Shown here: piece after piece, positions 40,531-51,188 of the stretch
Layout of the letters: the number at the start of each line of letters is the position of its first letter
How positions within the stretch are numbered: position 1 is the first letter of the stretch
Source of the DNA: Zancudomyces culisetae HAW-14-8
Taxonomy: Eukaryota; Fungi; Kickxellomycota
NCBI GenBank assembly: GCA_052426225.1
Contig: JBNJNM010000011.1
Location: 2,418,001 to 2,482,000 of the forward strand
Length of the DNA: 64,000 nucleotides
Direction: 5' to 3'
Translations under genes and position numbers: made by a program
The notes under the pieces: generated by a model
Database searches by the model: none
What the model was told of the DNA's origin: nothing
What the model saw: only the letters and a program-made list of their open reading frames with translations

Positions 40531-43381
40531 ATGCCACCAAAAAAATCAAGTGAATGGGAGGTGGAGGTGGAGGATCAGCCCGAGGAACATAAGGTTTCAA
40601 CACTCAAACGGGAAAGCGAATTTAATAAAGTTTTAAAAAGTAAGAGGTTTAAGAATGCTATCCGAGCGACCGCGCGAGTATTGCGTGACAGAAATGAAAA
40701 GGCGATGGTGGGGAAAAGGAATGATAAAAATGCAGTACCTGCCACTAAGCAAAAAAATGAAGAATTGGAAAACCAAAAGATGACATACGAGCCTCTTCAT
40801 TCTAAAAAAATCGAAAATGATGTGATGAAACTGGTAGAAGCGGATAATTCAAGCCGACTTGATACGAGCGATACCATTGATCTAGATCAAAATAATACTG
40901 ATAGAGCTGAGAGTCATAGCGAAACTATACAGTCTATTCAAACCGATGAAGGCACACTGAATAATACTCCAGGGTATATAAAAGCCTGCACCGAACTTAC
41001 TGGTCGTAATGAAACACACGATAGTCTGGGCCACGAACAGCCCAACGAGTGTACAGAAAGTGTGGATACAAAAGAAGTTGTATGGAATAGCGATTACTCG
41101 ATAGAAAGCGACATTATACCTGGTTCAGACCTTTTAAAGTTACCAGGAAAGGCTTACTTGGAAGTGAAAGCTGAGCCGGGGGAAGATCAGTGCCATGATA
41201 TGGGCTACGACTCTGAACAAAAAGAGTATGGGTTGGCTTGTTTATCAGTAAGTTTAATAAAATTGCAAACAACTAGTTTGGTTTGCTTTTTATTGTTACT
41301 TAAAGTGGAAAACCAAAATTTCTTTTTGTAAAAGCAAGTTGATTCTTTTTATTTTTAGGATTCTGATGGATTTGAAGGGGAACTAAAAAAGAAATCCAGA
41401 GCTATTTTGACAGAGGATACCATATCATACAAGAGAGAAACCGGGAACGGAAATTTTGAATATCTTTTGAACAAAACAAAGTCCTCGCCAGATTTTGTGG
41501 ATAGTGATAACTCTGATCCAGACAACGAAAAGTATTTGGAATCAAGGTAAGGTTATTTTAATGTTTGCTACTGGATAGAATGTGTGTCTTACAGTTTTAA
41601 CTATGTATAGATTTGCAGGAAAGCTTCAAAGCAAAAGGGCGCTGGGTAATTTGTTGAATAGAAACAAAAACAAGATTTCGACAGACATTAGGAGATTTAT
41701 AAAAACACAGGCTCTTGTAGAGAGTAAGGAAGTTGGGAAAAGTATAAAAAATAATGACAAGTTACTAAAATTAATCAAGCAAATCACCCCACACAGCGAA
41801 AGTGGTGCTGATTTTTCTGAGAACGAGGAAGGTCTGAACAAAGGATATGCTTCTGAGGTTGAAGAGGGACTGTTTGAAAAAATTGAAAAAGAATTGAATA
41901 TTAACAGTGAAACGGAGACGGACGATGGCGAGGGTGCTGGTGTTGACTACGACGATGGTGAAGGATCCGGAAAAGTGAACAAAAGACAGTGGGAAAAAAC
42001 AAGGTTAATTTACAAATCCTCCAAGATTGCAACTGTAAATGCTAGCTACACGCTACCCATTCGGCTATTTGTGAGGCAAAGACCTAGAAGCGATAGGTTT
42101 AGATTTTGTACTAAAGACTTTGTGAGTAAGCTAAAAAACAACGAATATTTGAATGAAGTGGAACGCGACAGGCGGTTAGATAACAAAATAATCAATAACC
42201 TGCTTTTGTTGATACTTGGAGGAAAAGAGATTGCCGAAATTGATGGCATGCTCGAACTCGTACAGAGCGCAAAAGTAGTGCTGGAAAAGTCGGCAAGAAC
42301 CATGGGGCTGGTAGTAGACTCGAGAGATGCTCTATGCTATATTCAACTTTGTGGTATTCTAGAAAGGGTTGGATTTAGTAAAAAAATAGGTGTTGTGGGT
42401 GCGATTAATTCTAGTGTACACAGAGGTCTTGGGAATGAGATATGCGAATTCCCAAGTTTTGAAATAAGCAATATTGTATCATTATTTGCAACATCATTCA
42501 GAGTCAATAGCTGCAATGTTGGGATTCCCAAATCTCTGAAAAACTTGCGTTTTGGTGTGGAATTTGTGAAAATTAGTTCAGCATCACATTTAAATATAAA
42601 ACTGATGGCGAAAACAACACTGGATTTTGTCATGGTCATTACATTATGTTTGCTCGATGTAAATCTTCAAAACAATCTTAATTCACTACAATGCTCACTG
42701 GATCTTGTTGTTGAGTCTATCCATCCAAACGTTTGGCCAATGTTTTCTACTCTTTACCTGACAGAACTTGTACAGCTATCTGAAAAGCTGTCAGACCGGC
42801 AAAAACAATATTTTGTAACCAACTGGATTCCAACCTCGTGTCGAAGGCTCCGCTCTGTTCTGATATTGTTGGCTTTTAATATTTTGAAGAGGAGCTGCGA
42901 GAAAAATATGCCAAAGCCGTCTGTCGCTGGCCATCTGCCATTTGTCGGTGGTGGTGATAGTGATGATGTTGGACCTAGCCTTGTTGAAAACTTACACCAG
43001 TATTTACAAGAAATTTGCAAGCTTGTCGAATCAACGACGCTCTTCGAGTCTCTTTCGGTTCTCTATACTGTACCTTGTGTGGAAAACCCTGTTACTCCAT
43101 ACCTGGAAGCGGCTGATCGGTTAAAGCTGGGCATTTCCCTTCTCACTATTCTCTTATCACCAGCTGATTTTCTGTATATAAACAATTGTCCTAAATCGCA
43201 TTCTTTGTGGCCTGACTGTATCAATATTGTAAAACTCATCAACGACAAGTTTATTAAGGTGTATACTAAACTCAACGACCATAGTCTTATCGATCTTGGA
43301 CTGATCCAATGTAAAACTGATGTTTCTCAGTTCAACTTTTGGGTATGCATGACATGGCTACATTGTTTTGATAACCAGTGA
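40531..43381 (+). CDS. Large protein with disordered N-half and helical C-domain; possible SLF2/Nse6 (Smc5/6 loader) homologue (3 exons)
   Basis: In-phase exons 40531-41247, 41359-41546 and 41611-43381. C-terminal TSCRRLRSVLILLAFNIL and KLND...LIQCKTDV resemble SLF2/Nse6 C-terminal patterns as recalled. The gene is real; the family is tentative. Confidence 0.55.
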
Positions 43382-43852
43382 ATAGCTTGAATCTAGAAAT
43401 ATAAAACCAGTAGATGAGTTTTGTTTTTTTGTTCATAGTCCTATTGTCTGGTTCAATAAAGATGTTGTAAAACTAGTTTATCAACCCTCTTTTTTGTCTC
43501 CCTCCTCCTCCCCCTCCTCCTCCTCCCATCACATTCCAAACTTCTTCATTTTCCGCGATACAGTTATTATATAGCTGCAAAACAAAATGTGCTAGATGTT
43601 CCCTCTTTCTCGTTGCACCACAACATCGGCCTGTTTTATCCATCATGCTACGAAAATTGATTCTCTAGCTATTATTGGCCACAAGTAATCGACCCTAAAA
43701 TTCCCAAAATATATTTTGAACAAAGCCTGAACTATTCGCGTCATTTATTTATTTCTCATTGTGAATGAATATAGATTAGCAGATTCTTTGGATATACCCA
43801 AGCCCAATTGTAATTATTGCAACTAAACGCCAGTACATTCGATAATCGGTAA

Positions 43853-45045
43853 ATGGTAAGTCATTTATCTTTGTCTTGGATATGAAATCGGAATATATAT
43901 GATTCCAATTGTTTTTTAGAGAATATTCTCTGTCTGTAAATTTCCTTGACTTTTAAAATAAATCATAAAATGCATCAATTAGCCAAAGAGGTATAGGAAA
44001 GGAAGACGTATAGAAAATGGTAAGAAAAAAGTGAGAGAGTGACTATTTCTAGTACAGCGATATATTAAACTTGATGCCTGAACGTCATTCAATAGCACAT
44101 GAGGAGGTGATTTGGAATGTCGCATGGAGTTCGTCAGAAAAAAAAATAATAACCGGATCTGCGGACGAAACGGTCAAGATTTGGGACTCTAATAGTTTTG
44201 ATCTCGTAGGACTAATATCTGACTTGGGATATGCACCACTTTCCATCGATATAAACAGCGACTCGACGTCGTTTTTAGTCGCGACTATGGACCATAGTAT
44301 TCACGAATACTCGCTTTTGGACTACCAACTTCAACGTGCTTTTTATGCAGGAGCACAAAATGCCTGGAAATCTAGGTATGTTGGTGCCGCCGATACTCGG
44401 AAAATTGTGAGCGGCACTGGAGATGGGTGTGTTGCTGTTTGGGCTCTTGACGATATAGTGCAGGGGGGTTCATCTAACGAAAACAAGATGACTTCAAGAC
44501 TGCGGAGCGGGTCAGAAGCACGTATCACAAGCATAAGACCTGGTGCATATAGAAAATCTGGATCTTCAACAGATACATGCTATGTAGCGGCAGGAAATTC
44601 TGCTGGCCAGGTATTTGTATTTGATTTAACAACAGAAAAACTTGTATATCAGCCTGTAGAATCAAGTATTGCGGCCACCAACGCAACTATTAGAGATATA
44701 AAATCAGTGGGTCCATTGATTTACACGTGTTCTGATGGAGGGAATGTCGTGTGTTTTGACTCCCGCTACAAATCAGCAGTTTTTAATATCAGAGCTAGCG
44801 AGTCAATTGTCTTTGGTATTGATATTAATAGCGACGGTGACATGTTGTCAACTGGCAGTATAGATGACAATGTCAAGATATTTGACATTAAAACGCGATC
44901 ACAAATAATCAGCTTTTATGGAAACACTGGTGTTGGTTCCAGGGATCTCCCTGGAATCTGGGATGTTTGCTTTGAAAGTGGGGGTTTGCAAAGACTTGCA
45001 TGTGTTGGGGGTAGTAAATCTGTTCAATTTTACAATCCTGTTTAG
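43853..45045 (+). CDS. SKI8: WD40 protein, Ski8/WDR61 family
   Basis: ATG-only first exon (43853-55, GTAAGT), acceptor at 44052. Sequence AHEEVIWNVAWS...IITGSADETVKIWD, AWKS, TGSIDDNVKIFD, IWDVCF...LACVGGSKSVQFY. Confidence 0.75.
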
Positions 45046-46312
45046 TTTTCATTTTAATATATATATTTTTTAATTTACTTTTAAATTATTATAATATTGT
45101 GATAGTAACAGTGTACCAAAAGAACATTGATATCGGTGTTATTAAATAAAAAACCAACTCGGATATTTGGTTTAGCTTGATTCAATTTGTTTAACGAGCT
45201 ACAGTGTATCTACCCGTAATATGCTATTGAGCAATAATGCTGGTTTTTTATATATTTCCTTTCCACCCATGTTTGTGCTTAATTCATGAGTTTGTATATC
45301 TACAATATTAAAACAAGTATTAAATTAATACAAACAAGGATTGCTCCTCTGGTTTGAAAAGTTGTGTAATGTCTATACAAGAACGGGTACTATCTTTTTG
45401 TATTCACCCTACTCGTTATATTGTATAGATAATTTATTTTGCATTCGACCACTGAATAACTACAATATAGGGTTTAGTGCATGTATAGATATTGTAACTA
45501 CCTAAATATTTTAATGGTGGATAGACTTGAATATATTATAATCAGTCAATATTTTCAATGAGGTCTGGTAATATATCATTAGTTGTGTTTGGTGAATAGG
45601 TACCAGAAAAATGAATAAACATCAAAATTTATCATTAGTTTATACAAACTGGCTAAACAATATAGATAAAAATATACCCTTAGACTTCATAATGGAAGAT
45701 CTGCAAAACCAATGTACTAGTCCAACTGATGCAGAGTGTGTAAATCTAATTCCAGAGTATGGGTCCATTTACCGAATTCTGCGTGCCCTGTATGCAGAGA
45801 TATGTTTGTTAATATGAAATGTAATTAAATTGGTCATAATCGAACAAGTTTTAATACCGGTTTGCCAGCAAAAAAAAAATATGAATAAGATAATATCAAT
45901 ACCTGTTTATAAATTGCTGGGATCCTAGCTTCTTGCATGTGATACACAACATTTAATGAGTGACCCAGTAACATTATTTGAACCTGTGTTTATACTATGT
46001 ATAGTGATTATCTTGATTTAATACCCTGGTTTCTACATACCTGGAGAGTAAAGATGTAAAGTAGTATACTTGATTATACTTAATAAGGCAAACTATATTG
46101 TTGTGAAATAGATATTTAAAGCACTGGGAACTCATATATAAAGGTCGATGTTTTGAACAAAACAATAATCAGAAAAGCGAGAAGGAAAACTGAAACTGAA
46201 AACAATTATAAACAGCTAGGTGTAGGAAAGAAATCACTTAACAGCATAATACAAAACTCAATAATTAAAAACACAGGTATCTGGTCCTTAAGTAAGCTCA
46301 ACAACAAGTAGG

Positions 46313-47149
46313 ATGATCCTTTCAAAAACTTTACCGCTAATTTTAGCGGCATCAGGATACGTTATTAGTACTCCACTGTCAACACCCCCACCACAAGAAG
46401 GTCCTTCAGATAATTCACCTGGTCTAAGCCAGCTACAAAAAAGGGGTGTGCATAGATACACGTATCGTGGAGGAAAGGGTATGGGTAGGTATCGGGGTAA
46501 TCGTAGCCGTGGACACAGAGGGGAGGATTATGAGACTGATGATTATGGTACTGAGGACGATAGTGATCATGACGATTACGATGATTATGATACCGATGAT
46601 GACAGGAATCATCACCACAGATCAGGTAGTAGAGGTAGAAGAGGTGGTGGAAGAAGGGGGGACAGAAGAGATGGGAGCAGAGACAGGGGCAAAGATGGCG
46701 GCAAAGATGGTGGAAAGGATGGCGGCAAAGATGGTGGAAAGGATGGTGGAAAGGATGGCGGAAAAGATGGAGCCAAAAATGGGGAAAGAGAGAAAGGTAA
46801 GGATGGAGCCAGAGAAGATGAAAGGGGTGGGGAAGAAGATAGAGGGAGAGGAAGAGACAGAAGCAGAGAAAGAGGAAAAAGTAGAGAAAGAGACAGAAGT
46901 AGAGAAAGAGGCAAAAGCAGAGAAAGAGGCAAAAGCAGAGGAAGAGACAGAAGTAGAGGAAGAGACAGAAGCAGAGAAAGAGACATAAGCAGAGAAAGAG
47001 GCAGAAGCAGAGAAAGGGATAGAAGCAGAGGAAGAAACAGAAGTAGAGGAAGAGACAGAAGCAGAGAAAGAGATAGAAGCAGAGGAAGAAGCAGAAGCAG
47101 AGAAAGATACTACAGTGATGACGAGGATGATTGCTATGACAGTAACTAA
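46313..47149 (+). CDS. Secreted low-complexity protein with KDGG and RS/RD/RE repeats
   Basis: Signal peptide MILSKTLPLILAASGYVIS, Kex2-type LQKR site, acidic D/Y block, about 7 KDGG units and a long hexapeptide array (RSRERD/RSRGRD). TATA-like TATATAAA at about 46135. Confidence 0.75.
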   Translation: MILSKTLPLILAASGYVISTPLSTPPPQEGPSDNSPGLSQLQKRGVHRYTYRGGKGMGRYRGNRSRGHRGEDYETDDYGTEDDSDHDDYDDYDTDDDRNHHHRSGSRGRRGGGRRGDRRDGSRDRGKDGGKDGGKDGGKDGGKDGGKDGGKDGAKNGEREKGKDGAREDERGGEEDRGRGRDRSRERGKSRERDRSRERGKSRERGKSRGRDRSRGRDRSRERDISRERGRSRERDRSRGRNRSRGRDRSRERDRSRGRSRSRERYYSDDEDDCYDSN

Positions 47150-47372
47150 CTACAAACGCTTTGATTTGCATCACTCATTCATTGTTTGGTGAACAAAATC
47201 TTTTTTTTTGAAAAAATTTAGTAATTATTAACAAAAGTAATTTTGAATATCATCTTCAAATAGTCTTTAAAAATAAAAAGCAATATTGCTAAACTATAAA
47301 TGTAGCTACAAGCTAATTGAAAAGATAGCAGGATAAACAAGTATATCAGTAAAAATAAATACAAAAAAGTGA

Positions 47373-47454
47373 TGGTATCAGTGAGATTCGAACTCACGCC
47401 TCTTTCGAGACCGCAACTTGAGTGCGGCGCCTTAGATCGCTCGGCCATAATACC
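47373..47454 (-). tRNA. tRNA-Leu(CAA), intronless
   Basis: GGTATTA acceptor pairs with TGATACC-A; anticodon arm CCGCA-CTCAAGT-TGCGG; long variable arm; TTCGAAT T-loop; T6 terminator just downstream. The D-loop has GA in place of GG. Confidence 0.93.
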
Positions 47455-47459
47455 AAACG

Positions 47460-47532
47460 TGGGAGCTCCGAGGATTGAACTCGGGACCGTACGATCTTCA
47501 GTCGCACGCTCTCCCAGCTGAGCTAAGCTCCC
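47460..47532 (-). tRNA. tRNA-Phe(GAA), intronless
   Basis: GGGAGCT/AGCTCCC-A acceptor, GCTC/GAGC D-stem, TGCGA-CTGAAGA-TCGTA anticodon arm, CCGAG-TTCAATC-CTCGG T-arm. Confidence 0.96.
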
Positions 47533-47662
47533 CACGAAATTGTTGTGTGTTGCCATGTTTAACCTCCCATTTAGTGTTTTTTACACCAAATAACACACGG
47601 GACGGGTCATTTTACTTACCTTTTACTATATGCTGCGAATTATTCTACAGTACTTTGGATTT

Positions 47663-48053
47663 TGCAAAAGAGGACATTTATTTAGTTAAACAAAAATTTC
47701 AATTTTATACAATAAAATCTACAAAAAATCTAACTAAAAATTACAAAACACAATTAACCAATGGAAATGTTTCGCCTATTGTAGGCATACAACAAAAGCT
47801 TGAGTTTTTTTGCATTTATGTTCGCGGTTAGTCTTTTTTTACATTAAATACTTATTCATTAGGTTATTTTACATATCCTGTTAAAAATATCAAGCTATTA
47901 GTATAATACCTTGATGCCTGCAAAAGAGGATATTAATTTAGTTAGTCAAATATTTTAAAGTTAAACCTGTACATTACACAAAAATTCAAACTAAAGAAAT
48001 TTGAGATACAAATAATGATTGATAATATGTAGCCAGATGTAGGTATACTACAA
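47663..48053 (+). repeat. Diverged ~135-bp direct repeat, 2 copies (47663-47795, 47919-48053)
   Basis: tgcaaaagaggacatttatttagtta...tgtaggcatacaacaa versus tgcaaaagaggatattaatttagtta...tgtaggtatactacaa. Confidence 0.7.
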
Positions 48054-49228
48054 TTTTTATCATTTGTCTGTTGTTGCCAAATTTAACGGTTTTGCATGTA
48101 TTTTTGGTTTTAACTACTACATTTTACTAGTTGTAAACAGGTGGGATCAATGCCCAATTTTGATGTTTTTAAAAACTAAATTACTCTTTACCACCGAATT
48201 AATAATAACAATAGTTATCCATATTTAGAATAATGTTGATTTTTAATATATGATAATAAATATTATTAATAAATAATTTCCACGTTAAGTAAAAAAAACC
48301 AATGTAGGAAAAAACCAAATGTTTTGAATTAGTTACAACTTTAGAAATTTAGATTTACCAATTTTATATCGTATTTGACTAGTCCTTAGCCTCTAGATAC
48401 TGTCGTGCACTCAAAAAAAAGTCACTGAAGCACTTCTATATTGTCAATTCAAAGTGTTTTTGATAGTTAACTCCATTGTTAATTTATCCAGAATAAAATT
48501 CAGTAAATGTCATCATCTTTTATTTCTGTGGATGACATTTGATGACATTTTTGTGGGTGAGATCTGGTGACACCACAGTGAAGAGGACCTATCTAGTTTC
48601 ATATATTTTCTCTTCACAATTTGTTATTCTGTATTCAACTGCTTCTTTATTTATCCAGCAACTTACTAGTGTTAATCTAAATAAAACAGCCATTCAAACC
48701 AAAAACTATTTCCTAAAAATAATATCTTGTTCTTCCATCTTTTTTCAATACGTTTTTACTTTTGATATCTACAGTGGTTTGACTCCTCTGTTCTGGTATT
48801 GAATAGAAAAATCTGTGACGATGGGTAATAGTATTTTTAGATTGTAGATTATAGTAAATTGGTATTTTTAAAAAAGATAGATTGATAAAAGCTATTTAGA
48901 TTTCCAGAAGTCGTGTATTTTGTCTGGTCTTGTGACCACTTTGGAGACAAAATATTTCAGTTCATGGTATTTGTAAACCGATGCAATTCGTATTAGCTTT
49001 ACATGCAATATCATTTCAATTGTTAGTATTAGTGTTTTATAGATTTTATACAAACCTATTTTGATCAAAAAACATAAAAGACGTTCAAATTCTCGCTACT
49101 GTAGAATACCATTGACTAGTATCAAATGCATATAAAAATGTTATAATTATATACTCTGTTTTAAAATTGAGCAAGAGCTACAATAATATTAATCACACGA
49201 CTAATTTAATACTAAATAATAAATCGTA

Positions 49229-49875
49229 ATGGCTATACAAGCTGTAAAATATCTTTTCTTGTTTGTTTTATGTTATTTTTGTTTTCAGCAATCCTAGTAG
49301 TGCTGGGGAAACTATTTACACAATTGAAGTGTTAATAAATTTAGACCTTTCCATGATGCTAAATGTTGAACAGCTGAATAGAAAAAATACAGCAGATATT
49401 TTTGAAGGGTTCTACACACAGCCATCAGTGGACAAGCTTAACAATTTGAACCACAATTACACAAACCCCACAAAAGATCCTAGATGGTGGTACAGTGCTA
49501 TTCCCTCATTTGCAGATATATCTGCAATAGGTAAGTTTATACTTAAAGTAGGGAATGGTGGTAAAGGCAATGTATGTATACAGTGGAATTTGGCAGCAAC
49601 AACAGCAATGGATGAAATCAGTTGAAATAGTTTTTGGTTCTGGTCAGATCCAAGAAGTGGTCAATGCAAGTATAGTGGAGATTAATGCAATCAAAGTAAA
49701 AATTTTCAACGCACTACCAACACAGGGTGTGTGTCGAAAGGGAAGTTAAGTAAGAATGCCAACGCAAACTGTAGCAGGGTTGGTTTAGGTAACTGTTCAC
49801 AGCGTTATCTAAAGGCAATTGTCCAACAAATGTTTATTACAGGCACGATTAAGCGTCGGCTAATTACATAAACAT
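49229..49875 (+). pseudogene. Pseudogene of a secreted Cys/Trp-containing protein
   Basis: The signal-like start MAIQAVKYLFLFVL is frameshifted relative to ORF 49263. That frame continues through TGA (49623) and TAA (49683) as NSFWFWSDPRSGQCKYSGD*CNQSKNF...GCVSKG...CSRVGLGNC. TATAAAA at about 49131. Confidence 0.6.
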
Positions 49876-51188
49876 TTTAAACCCACATTGATGCTATCTA
49901 GCTACAAGAAACAGGAATGCTATCCAAGTGCCACAAAAATATAAACAATTTATTCATTCTCTACAAACATCAATATTACTACATATGTTTTACTTTTAAA
50001 CATAATGGACTGAACAGCCTCTTCGCAATTTATTTTGTAATTTAATACGGTTTTGGTTGTAAATATAATAAATATGTATTGAAAAACAAAGGAAAAGGTG
50101 TAAAAGTTGTGCTGCAAGGATTTATATAAAGTATTGAAGAGTATTTGTAAAGCCTTTTCATTGTCGGAGTAATAGTTAAGTGTTGATGAATAAATAAAAA
50201 GGTTTGATGATTAAATGTTTGTAATAGAGCTCAGAATTTACTAGTTACAAAAAAATAGTCAAACTGATGCAGTGGGGGAATTAAAGTGATAAATGAAGTA
50301 TTGACTTGTCAAGTCTCCATTAAAAGCCTCAATGTTATTCAATGCTTTATTTTTCAAACGTGACAATAACTCCTACTATAAGAAGAGCAAGAGTGAATGC
50401 TGAAAGATTATTGGTAAATTTTTTTTTTGAATTTTACTTAATTTCTCGACTTTCATAATGAATGGCGTAGAGAACTAATAGGTGGGTGGTGGTGGGGAAA
50501 TAGGAAGAGAAAGATGATGGAAGGAAGAATAAAATAATTTGGTATGGCCAATTGATGAACAATGTTGAAAAAAAAATTAAACTGAATTGTGCAAGATAGA
50601 TAAATTAATTTATATAACGAAGAATTACTTGCAAAGCTATTGTCTGAAATTAACTGAGAGGAGGAGAGGGAGGGGAGGGAGGGGAGGAGAAAAGTGGAAA
50701 ACTAACTAGCACGAAAAAAATAAAATGATGGGTGAGTGGGTAAGGTGGGTTTAAAAAAATGGGAAATTCTTAATTAAGGTTCTAGTATAATAAGATTTTT
50801 TTTTATTGCATTTTTTGGCATGAATAAAGTAAAATTGAGGTAAAAAAAACACTGGCGGAAACGAAATTGCAAATGAAAAGCCTAGAAATTATTTTATAAA
50901 AATAAAAAATAATGTTTGGGTTTTTAAATATGAAAAATAAAATGCCAACAAAGATTAAATAATTGACTTTTAAACATTTGCATTATTTCTGTGCTTCTAT
51001 TATTCTTTCTAAAGTTGCAGATAGAATAAATTAGCAAAGAGTAATAAGGATTAGGTTTTGGGTTTAATTAGATTGAATTTGTAGTTTTAAATCTTTTAAA
51101 CTCGCAAGAACCTAAAATATAATCCAAAAAAACCACAATATAAAATAAAAGAGAAATAAAAAAAGAAAGGGAAAAAAGGGCTTGAAAA

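Noticed and set aside
44017-44052. Second ATG|GTAAGA as an alternative first exon of SKI8
   Set aside because: It would need a 33-nt intron, much shorter than the other introns here.
46365-47174. 269-aa minus-strand FLCFC-repeat ORF
   Set aside because: Antisense shadow of the purine-rich repeat gene.
47218-47831. ORFs overlapping the tRNA genes
   Set aside because: Incidental translation of tRNA and AT-rich flanking sequence.
49623-49625. In-frame TGA as Sec or a reassigned codon (also TGA TGA near 1480)
   Set aside because: The same frames also contain TAA/TAG stops and frameshifts. Intact genes here use the standard code, and no Sec tRNA or selenoprotein family is seen in the window.
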